This document shows, one piece after another, positions 53,691 to 64,000 of a stretch of 64,000 nucleotides of DNA (the first letter of the stretch is position 1; every line of letters starts with the position of its first letter). Source of the stretch: Eledone cirrhosa (taxonomy: Eukaryota); contig OZ024741.1 in the NCBI GenBank assembly GCA_964016885.1, positions 144,646,001 through 144,710,000 on the forward strand, written 5' to 3'. The notes under the pieces are model-generated. The model ran no database searches. It was not told the DNA's origin and saw only the letters and a program-made list of their open reading frames with translations. The position numbers were made by a program, and so were the translations under genes.

Positions 53691-53945
53691 TATATATATA
53701 TATATATATATGCAATTATGTACAAACTCATACATCTGCATATGTGTGTGTCATATCACTTTTGCCACAGACTAATTCATAAGTGGGTTCAAATTAGACT
53801 TCAGGTCTCCGGATTCAAAGTCAGGCATCTAAGTTTTAAATTGTTATTGTAGTTTTTTTCACAGATTCTCTAACAAGTCTGTAGTTGATCACATGCCTGT
53901 TTCTATGGATCTTAAGTTGTGTAGGATACTTTCTATCAATATGTT

Positions 53946-54194
53946 TTAATCCTCTTGATACCAAACCACTTGAAACTGCCCCACATTTTAGTTTACAAGG
54001 TTATTATTTTAAAATGTTTATATTTCCCTAAAAACTTTTATCATATTTTGTAAAAAGTTTCACTATGGTATGTTTTAAACGCCAACTTAATAAGAGAGTG
54101 AGTTATTTCCCTTGAAATTCATTATGGTTTTCAAAATCATTTGAAAATGATAGACAGGTGTTGCTCATTAGAAATATGGTAATGAAAGGGTTAA
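53946..54194. mobile_element. piggyBac-like MITE family with TTAA termini (also about 14358-14604, 33832-34055, 35873-36126, 24219-24430)
   Basis: ttaatcctcttgatacc ... ggtaatgaaagggttaa; related internal sequence in five places. Confidence 0.65.
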
Positions 54195-56082
54195 AGTGAA
54201 TTCTTCTTATTTGTCATCATACACATTATCATCATCACCAATTTTATATAAACCTTTTCCGTGCTTGCATAGATTGGATGGGTCTTCTTGAGGCAATTGC
54301 TTTTTATACATTTAGATACCCTTTCTGATGCCAACCCATACTTTATTTTTATATATGGTATACACTGGTAACACGTGTTGAACCTCTACTCTGAGTGACA
54401 TATTGTTTATGGCAGACATAACCTACCACTTTCTTTTGAAAACATTTGTAATAGTTGACATTCAAATATATTCACACAAATACACACACATCTAACAAAC
54501 TTCCAGCTTAATTTACAAGGAGATATTTGTCCAAGATGCCATGCAGTGTGACCAAAATTGAAACCACATTGTTCTGAAGTGAACTTAATCACACAGTCAT
54601 GCCTGTATCTTTAATACAAAGTATATAGATTAACAATGAAGTTGGATTTCAGTTTTAGGAAGCTCATTGTTTTTTTTTTCCTTTTCTTTTAGGAAAGGTT
54701 GTTAAACCCATTGCCTTTCCAGGCCTTCTCAGATGGTTCATCATTACCATGTCTGTTTTCCTGGCATGCATGGATTAGATGAGCTGCCATGTTCTTAAAC
54801 TATGACAGGTTAGATAACTCTGTCTTGTTCATATATTTCATTTTGGTGTGGTTTCTATAGCTGGATGCAATTCTTAATGTAAACCACTTTATAGCATGTA
54901 CTGAGTTGCCCCAGCACTAGTAATTTACAGATTGTACTGGATACATTTTATCATGATATCAGCATTACCACTTTACAGAGTGTACTGAGAGCATTTTATC
55001 GTAGCACCAAAGTGCACTTAGTGCATTTTATTGTGGTATCACACTACCACTCTACAGAGTGCACTGGGTGGATTTTATAGTGACACCAGCACTACCATCT
55101 TATAGAGTGAACTATATTATAGAGTGAACTGGGTGCATTTTATTGTGGCACCGGCATGACCATATTACGGGATGATCTGGGTTCATTTTATCATGGTACT
55201 AATGCTTGTAAGGTAAATGGGAGAGGAATGATAAATAAAATATTCTGAAATGATTTGTTGAGATGAGTATTGTCACCCCAAGGAAGCAGAAGCCGTTGTT
55301 GTTTAGGAATAAAGAGACAGGCAGAAGAGGAAAGACAGAGCATGGTATTGGGATCAGAGACTGCATCAGTTAGGTTGGTGTCCACATGTTTCCTAATAAA
55401 TAGAATAGCTTTTATTGGCTCACTCTTTCTTTGTCAGTGTGTGTGTGAATGTGTATGTGTGTCTGTGTAGCAGCAGCAGCAGCAGCAGCAACTACAATGT
55501 TCTGGATATGCAAACCTGGTCATGAAATAAACATTTAGAATGTAATATCATTATGATGTGCAAAGATGGACAAAGTGGCAACCAGATTGGTTGAATGTGA
55601 CATTCAAATAAGCCAATATAATTTTAACAGTTTAAAAAGTCTTTGTTTGTTGATATGTGGGCTTAAATGTTCAATTGGGATTGCTCACTAATACATAAAT
55701 TCCTGCTATTTCTAATAAAAACCTTAACCTCTGTTACACACACATCACACTGTTTACATTCAAAGCTTCATTTTAACATGTTCATTTCATAATCAGAGTT
55801 TAAGAAAGTCAAACAATTGAATAAACTAAATGTTCTCATTGTGATGGAATTCATTGTTCTTTGTTGCCAACATTTTAACAAGGCTTCAAGTAAACTACAA
55901 TATCTGCCAGAATATATAACGGTGTTGGGAGACGTGCTTGGTTAAGTCAATAGAATGTTGATTTATTGGAGAAGCTGTTGTATGTTCATCTATTGATGAT
56001 CAATGATAACCATGACTTTGATTATATGATTAATTATGCGTTTGTAGATGGCTGGTGAGAACCACAGTGATATGGAAATAAT

Positions 56083-56271
56083 TGTTTCTACTTTTGGCAC
56101 AAGGCCAGCAATTATCCCAGTGCATTACTGGTACTTTATTTTATCGACCCTGTAAGGATGAAAGGCAAAGTTAACCTCGGCGGTATTTGAACTCAGATCG
56201 TAAAGGCCCGTAATTCCATGCTTTGCAGCATGGTGTCCAACCCTCTACCAATACTGCCAATCCACCGCCCT
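56083..56271 (-). mobile_element. Full-length SINE family 1 with 16-bp TSD
   Basis: TSD gtgatatggaaataat at 56067-56082 and 56272-56287. Confidence 0.9.
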
Positions 56272-56994
56272 GTGATATGGAAATAATGGCCACAAGTAAG
56301 GCACATATTGTCAGTGTCTTCATTTGAGCGACTTAAAAGTGGAAGAAAGGGAAAAAGAAGCTTAAAAGAGTGAAAAAAGAAAAGAAAATGTAAAAGGTTC
56401 CAATCACATTAGCCCAAGGAAGAGGTAGATGGTACAGAGCTTGGGCTTTTCAGTTAGAAAGAAAGTACTTCCTGATACGAGGGCAACTTATCCCCTACTT
56501 ATTGCATATGTGCACAACCATCCTCTATTGTGACACTATCTTTTAATTTAACTAATTTTCCAGTTTGATTATTAGATCTGAATTTAAAATTGCACTATGT
56601 GTGTGTTTAGCACATACACAGCCACAGGCAAACACTTACACACTGATAGTCTAATTCTACAATTTTACTATGTATATATTGAATTTACATCTCTTAAACA
56701 TCAAAGGAAAAGAGTTTAAACAATGACTGACAGAGTTATTGCCTCTATACCAAACTATTTTCATTTCAATCAGATCAGATGCAAATCTCACCATTTGACA
56801 TTATGCTATTGAAATTCAATGAACTGCCATACTAGACAATGGGCTTGTAAGGTGATGTAATTTAGGTCTCTAGTGTGATTTGAATATCAGATAATGCCTA
56901 CTTCATATGTGAAACTTGTGGTTGCCCACATATCTCTATGTGTGTATTTATAATATAACTAGAGCATTCAGAGTAAAGGTAAAATATATTCTTT

Positions 56995-57619
56995 TGAACC
57001 TTCAGAAAGCTACATGGATGTGGTTGATAGCTTCTGTTACCAAGGTGACCAAACTCACAGCACAGTAGCCAGAATATGCTGAAAAAGATTTAAGGAGCTA
57101 TTATCTCTGCCGGGAACAAAAGCATTCACTCCTCAAAAAAAAAAGAAAAAATAAGATTGTATGCTGCTAGTGTGTGAAGTGCAATATATCATGGTAGTAA
57201 GGCATAGTGCTGCACAGAATGTGTGAGAAATGGAAATAAATTTAAAAAAAAACCATATTTTACTAAATGTACAAAAATAGCATGCAAGAAAGATGACACA
57301 GATAAGTTGGGAGAAAAAGTGGGTATAAGAGAAAACATAGTATGCAAGAGAGAAGACTGCATTGGTGTGGATATGTAATATGTAGGGATGATGAGAGATG
57401 TATAATAAAGTGCCAGTTGATCCAAGTAGAAGGTAGATGTGGAAGGAAAAGCCCCAAATTGACATGGGCAAAAGTGGTTAAAGTTGGTCCCAGGATGCTG
57501 AACTGCACAAAAAAAAAAAAATGTTGAAGGAATGTGAAGTGGTGAGCTGCTGTCATGAGGGAGATTTATCCAGCAAATACAAGCATGGAAAAATTGACAA
57601 AAAATGATGATGATTATGA
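56995..57619 (+). mobile_element. Old, degraded RTE 3' fragment
   Basis: QERRLHWCGYVICRDDERCIIKC...GRKSPKLTW, then agcatggaaaa..(GAT)n. Confidence 0.75.
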
Positions 57620-57763
57620 TTTACAAACATATATATTCTATGTATTATGAAAAGATTCAGGACTGCGATGGCTGAGCTCCGGCCATTTCGACAACTAGAT
57701 CTGAACTAAGTCACCAGTATTAGAACGGCAGGAATCTAGCTGAACTTATCAACTTATTCTATG

Positions 57764-57798
<35 letters not shown>

Positions 57799-58486
57799 AC
57801 CACTTAATCACAGTTGTTGCAAACCTAGGGGACAATTGAGTTTGGAGGATATAGCTGATACTACAACTATAACAACTAACTAGCAGGGAGGACGGGGAAC
57901 AGGTTACTTGCAGAATTTGTTACTACAATGATGACTTTTACTTTCAACATTCGGCATTAGTGATGTGGTACTGAGATTGACCACAGGGGCCAGCTGGCAA
58001 AGAAACAACATCAACACATTCTGCTGTTCCCTGTATCATGAAAAAAGAAATATTTTGTGGAAGTTTAAAACATTTTTTTGAAGAAGTTTTTAATATTTTC
58101 AAATTTTTTTTTCAAAGGTTTTTATGCTGTCTAAAGAACTTAGGCTATCAAAATTGGTAATCCTCAGCAAAATATGTATCACAGAGATTTGAATAACCCA
58201 AAATCAACTGCTTACGGCCTCTGATCTTTTTAATACTATCTCATCATCATCATTTAAAATCCATCTTCCTTGCTAGCATGGGTAAGACAAGCCATCCCTC
58301 TGTCAGGGACCAGGTCGGGGGACCATGGTTCTCTCACACAGAACTGATTTGGCTTGGTTTCTACGGATGGATGCCCTACCTAACACCAACCACATTTACA
58401 GTGTGCGCTGGGTGCTTTTTGCTATGGCACCTGCATCATTCATACAATATATATATATTTATGTAATAAACAACATAAGATAATTA

Positions 58487-58546
58487 TTTCATTTACCAGT
58501 GCTTTCTTGAAAGCAAACAAATCTGCTTTCAGTCATCAGAATGAAA
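58487..58546 (-). ncRNA. Type-I hammerhead ribozyme
   Basis: Minus strand reads tttcatt CTGATGA ctgaaagca gatttgtt tgctttcaa GAAA gcactgg TA aatgaaa. Confidence 0.8.
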
Positions 58547-60718
58547 AATTCCTGGTGTTTTTATTGAATGTGGATTTGAAAACCTGTGATTTGTTTGCTT
58601 TCAAGAAACCACTGGTAAATGAAATAATTATCTTATGTTGTTTATTACATAACTATTAAGCTCTGTAACCTACATAGAGCACTCTTTTTTCCTGGACCTT
58701 TCCGACGGAATTACTTCATTTACACACATATATATATATATGTGTGTGTGTGTGTGCATATATATATATATGTGTGTGTGTATATACATACATACATATA
58801 GATGTGTAACACATGTGCTTGATCTCCAAAATATTTTTTCCGTTTCTTTCTTTTCTTACTCTTATCTATTCTTTTATTTCTCATTCTGATATATATATAT
58901 TTTCATTGTACTACATCATTTTCCTGTGTTGTTTATCCATATATTTTTCACACACACACATGTATATAAACATGATATTACTCTATTACATGTTCCAGTC
59001 GACAGGCTGAGGCCATGTTGGGCCACCGGAAGTGTTGAAGGTGTAAAAAATGTTCCTAAAGTTGTAGGAATCTCAAATGTGGAAATAGCTGTAAAAAACC
59101 AGCTGCTATGATGAATAGCAAAGAGTCAGAGAGAGAATGAAAGGAATAGAGTGCAAAGCATGAGATGGGAGAGGTACAGAGAAAGAGAGCATAAAAGAAG
59201 GAATGATAGTGATAGAGCATAAAAGTATTAAGAATGATAAAACAGTGGAGAAAAGTGGAAGAACATAAAATAAATAATGAACTATAGCGTCGTAATCACC
59301 TCTCCAGCTTCCTTCTAGCTATCATGCACCCCCCCCCCCCCCCACACTCTATCGACCCCATAATTTCATGCCTGTCCGCCAATGAGCAATTTTTCCATGA
59401 ACATGTGCTTCATTACAGCTTGACACTAAAAGAAAAGCAGATTCCAAGAATGACTAACCTACTACTGAAGCCCCAACTGAGGATCTAGCAAGTTTAATAC
59501 TCATTTATTGTGCATACCAACATCGGCATATACACCCCTAGATACACACAGTACATATGCACACCAGCATATGCAACCATAGGTTCACACAGTAAATATG
59601 CTGACACGAGCATAACTCTTCCTAAAATCCACCAACCAATAGATTCCACACCTAGATAGACACCAGCACAAGTGCATACAGAAGCACCTGTGCATATGGG
59701 ACCATGTAAACACACACACACCATCACATCACATCATAGAAATACATGTACCTTTGCCTGCACTTCCAACACTTAAGCTATACAGGATAAATCTCAAATA
59801 GGCCAGCACCTATGACACCAATCCAATTCTTACACAAAAACAACAACACTCATACATGCACTCCAATACAAAAGTTACAATAACTAATTGAATGCAGACA
59901 GCCCTCTTGCACACACACAGGCACACCAGCGACAACTTTAGGCCTATTATATTGCATAAGAGATAAATACAAAACATCGACACCACCTCTCTCTTTAACA
60001 ACAAATACAAAATATCAACACCACTTCTCCTTTCACAAACACCCACCCATACATACACACTTGTGTGTATGTGTGGGTGACAAACCCACATACATACAAG
60101 CATATTAAGTGCCACATATGCACCTACAATGTTTCCACACACATTCCAACTCTCAAGCACTAGAACACTTCTAAATTAAAATATAAAAATATACACATAT
60201 GCATGTAAAATTGGTTAAAAATAAGTTTTAGCACAATCTGTAACAAATACAAAAACCATAATTCCAGCTAAAACACACACAGTCATAATACTGACCAGCT
60301 GATCTGTAATCTTTTGAAAAGACTAAAAAATAGGTTCTTTTGTTGATGGACACATAAAAACATGTATGCACATGACCATGCAGTTTTTTTTGTGTGGGAG
60401 TGATAATGATTTTTTGTGGTGTCAATGCTGGTTCCTCTGACCCCTCCGACCACAGAAATGGCAAACGCCACACATACATGCACACCTACATACACACCCC
60501 AATAAATCAAGATGATGACTATTTTCCATTTCCCCTTCAATTCAGCCAAAATTCTTCCCTTACCACAGTATCACATTTTTTCTTACCTATTCCCACATAA
60601 GTAGTGAAACATGCAGACATACATACACACACTTGTGTAGTCACAAACCCACACACACACAGCCACATACAGAAAATATACAGAAATATATGTAAATATA
60701 TATATAAAAATATAATTA

Positions 60719-61012
60719 ACTAGCTGAAGTACCCGGCTTCGCCCGGGAGAACAGAGAAAATGACTGTATTGGATGTGTTATCTGGTATGAGGTGAGATCG
60801 TAATGTGTGTGAGAAAGACAAAAAAAAAAACAATAAAAAAACTTTCTTATTAGGCTGAGGGAGTAAACTGCCGATTAAATGGTAGTATTGGTCTTGGATT
60901 TTAAATGTTGTGAAATAACCATAGTCAGTATGAGCGTTTTCAGCTCCAAAGGACATCATCTGCAATGCAGCAATTATACTGCATAACATTGCTTCTGAAG
61001 TGTTGCTTTGTT
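60719..61012 (-). mobile_element. Internally deleted Helitron with Rep-domain fragment and intact 3' end
   Basis: HFRSNVMQYN, then after a frameshift AALQMMSFGA..TFKIQDQYYHLIGSLLP, matching Helitron Rep 'YNSAFQMTSFG..TFKIQGQ.YH.IGSLLP'. The 3' end cccgggcgaagccgggtacttcagCTAG is a hairpin plus CTAG. Confidence 0.85.
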
Positions 61013-61115
61013 AGTACAGTCATTCTACTGACATGGCTATACAATTGAGGCTTGTTTGCATAATTGCAAACGAATCGAATGTTATTAATATTCGAAAAAC
61101 TCAGATTACATTTAT

Positions 61116-61166
<51 letters not shown>

Positions 61167-61640
61167 TAAATGTAATCTGTTTTTCGAATATTAATAATAA
61201 CATTCGATTCGTTTGCAATTATGCAAACAAGCCTCAATTTTATAGCCATATCAGTAGAATGAACACTTCATTCTTGCTCTTGTGTTGGCATGCGAACAGA
61301 ACTGCAGACACTAATATTTCTGGGTATCACCCTTCATCAGCACAACTTACTATTCACCTGCCAAACTGTCAGAGCTAGTGAAAATATATGCTATTTCCAA
61401 AAATACACAGTGACTGATCGGCCTGATTTGCATGTTAGCAGACTGGCTGATCAGTCAGATCTGCATATTAGCAGATCCACTGATCAGCCAGATTTGCATA
61501 TCAGTAGACTGGCTAGTCAGTTTCCTGTATACGAGCGATAAATGGCTGGCTTTGCCAAATCGAATGTTATTATTAATATTTGAAAAACTCAGATTACATT
61601 TATTGTATTCAGCCATGTAGAACAAAATTTTCTTTTTTAT

Positions 61641-61711
<71 letters not shown>

Positions 61712-61920
61712 TATATATATATACATATATATATACATATATATGCATATATATACATATATATGCATTCTGAGTATATGTTGGTTGTTTACCGACACCT
61801 CAGTATGCAGATTGGAACACTCGATAAAGTATGAAGGTTGGTTTGTTTACTCCGGAGTAATGTAAAATAATTATGTCAAATATGTAAAATTTGGCTTCGT
61901 TTATTATAAATTATAGATAT

Positions 61921-61975
61921 ACTGCTATATGTATTTCGGTGACAGCCATCATTGGCTGTGACCTCTTCAGGCAGT
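61921..61975 (-). ncRNA. Minimal hammerhead ribozyme (left arm of foldback)
   Basis: Minus strand reads actgc CTGAAGA ggtcacagcc aatgat ggctgtcacc GAAA tacata TA gcagt. Confidence 0.8.
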
Positions 61976-62195
61976 CCAAATTGGTGTGGGAAAGACAGGT
62001 ACTCTGTCAATACATCGATATGTCCAGCTCCTGTTTGTGTTGTTATTTCTCTGATATGATTCCAGTTCCTCAGAGAAATTTGTAACATTGACTCAGAGAA
62101 ATAACAACACAACCAGGAGCTGGATATACCGATGTATTGACGGAGTAAAACACACTTCAACAACATGTGTACCTGTGTTTCCCACACCAATACGG

Positions 62196-62250
62196 ACTGC
62201 CTGAAGAGGTCACAGCCAATGATGGCCGTCACCGAAATATATATAGCAGT
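62196..62250 (+). ncRNA. Minimal hammerhead ribozyme (right arm of foldback)
   Basis: actgc CTGAAGA ggtcacagcc aatgat ggccgtcacc GAAA tatata TA gcagt. Confidence 0.8.
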
Positions 62251-62624
62251 ATATCTATAATTTATAATAAACGAAGCCAAATTTTACATATACATATATA
62301 TACCTATATATATATATATAAAAAAAATATATACATATACATATATATATATACATATATATATATACCTATATATATACCTATATATACCTATATATAT
62401 AGGTGCTTTTTTGCCGTGGCACCTCCACGACCACTTTGCAGTGGAATGATAGAAATAAGATGATAGGGACTGGGGTCCCTATCATCTTATTTCTACAGCT
62501 GAGTAAACTGGAGCAATGTGAAATAAAGTGTCTTGCTCAAGGAAACAACACATCACTCGGTCTGAGAATTGAACTCACAACCTTTCGATTGCAAGGCCAA
62601 TGCTCTAACCACTAAGCCATGTGC

Positions 62625-63092
<468 letters not shown>

Positions 63093-63623
63093 TGAGTTCT
63101 AGCACGTGGCTTGAATTCCTTTTAGAATTCATTGTCCTGCGCATGTATTGTTTTTTGGCGGTAATTCTCCTTCCTCTTTTTTTGAGACAGTATGAGAATT
63201 TCTTTAGAACTGCTGGGCTAGCAACCTAACAGCTACCTCAAGCACTGATGGGATTATCGCTAAATATTGATGTTGATTTGACTATCAATATTAATGTTAT
63301 TGGGCACCCACTGAAGAATTATAAGAGCCCACTTGAATAAGTATCTGTTGATCTTATACAAGCTTCTACATAAATTGGTATAATTTCCCCTAACTTGTAG
63401 GAATCTTATAATGAAACGAGACGTCCATCTGGGAAGAGATATATTTGATATATCTCATATGAAATAATATAGCCAATTTTCCACACAATACAATTAGTTA
63501 GCACCCCGAACGTTTAATTAGGAATATACTCACTTATTTCCTAATGTTTGTTGAATGAGTTGGGATTTGGCCGGAGTATCGCTATTAGCTTTCTCCGATA
63601 ATGTATTTATATACATATATATT

Positions 63624-63667
<44 letters not shown>

Positions 63668-63672
<5 letters not shown>

Positions 63673-63978
63673 ACGAGCTTTAAAGACCGTTGGTATAACC
63701 ATCGCCATTCCTTCAATAAGGAGGCCAAAAGGAAAAGTACGGCTCTCTCCGACCTGATCTGGAAGCTTAAGCTGGACAGGACCCCGTACTCTCTGGCCTG
63801 GTCCATAATCAGGAAAGTACCACCTGATAAAGGGGGATCTGGCATATGCAAGCTATGTCTGAATGAGACCCTCGAGATACTAAGAGGTGGAAGCCGCATG
63901 ATAAACCTCAGAACCGACTTCTTCGGGACATGCAGACACCTAAGGGCTGGGATCTTCCTCAAGATATATGGGCAGTAA
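63668..63978 (+). mobile_element. PLE GIY-YIG endonuclease C-terminal fragment
   Basis: STSFKDRWYNHRHSF..KSTALSDLIWKLK..WSII..CKLCLNE..INLRTDFFGTCRH matches the PLE endonuclease C-terminus (Naiad-like pattern from memory). Its 5' end abuts (TA)n. Confidence 0.85.
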
Positions 63979-64000
63979 CAACACCATAGGTTGGGAACTC

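Noticed and set aside
63244-63350. CTGATGG / CTGAAGA...GAAT hammerhead-like words
   Set aside because: No convincing stem I/II pairing and the cores are incomplete.
63530-63600. Possible upstream GCPII exon ending in gtgagt on the minus strand ('STNIRK')
   Set aside because: The NIRK frame hits TAA before the donor, the phase-compatible frame has no family similarity, and there is no good acceptor.

Overview
AT-rich, repeat-saturated animal genomic DNA. The (TA)n/(TACA)n and (CAT)n microsatellites, RTE LINEs with a PHD finger and the tRNA-derived SINE types point to an octopus or another coleoid cephalopod; this is an inference. The only host gene visible is a glutamate carboxypeptidase II / NAALADase-like (M28B) gene on the minus strand. 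Four internal exons were identified (49811-49967, 35679-35807, 22950-23075, 11998-12178), with GT-AG boundaries and compatible phases, separated by 10.8-14 kb introns. The rest is RTE and CR1-type LINE fragments, two SINE families, hAT, piggyBac-like and Tc1-like MITEs, Helitron pieces and Penelope-like element (PLE) remnants. Nearly all other listed ORFs are microsatellite or antisense artefacts. Three signals stand out. (1) About a dozen type-I hammerhead ribozyme motifs, mostly the minimal form with palindromic stem III known from PLEs, sit in short (TA)n-flanked foldback elements. (2) In three unrelated foldbacks the inversion point coincides with the ribozyme stem-II loop, suggesting snap-back cDNA priming on the ribozyme hairpin. 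(3) Two host exons clearly, and a third weakly, have their 3' end tandemly re-duplicated into the adjacent intron; in the two clear cases the copies include the splice donor.
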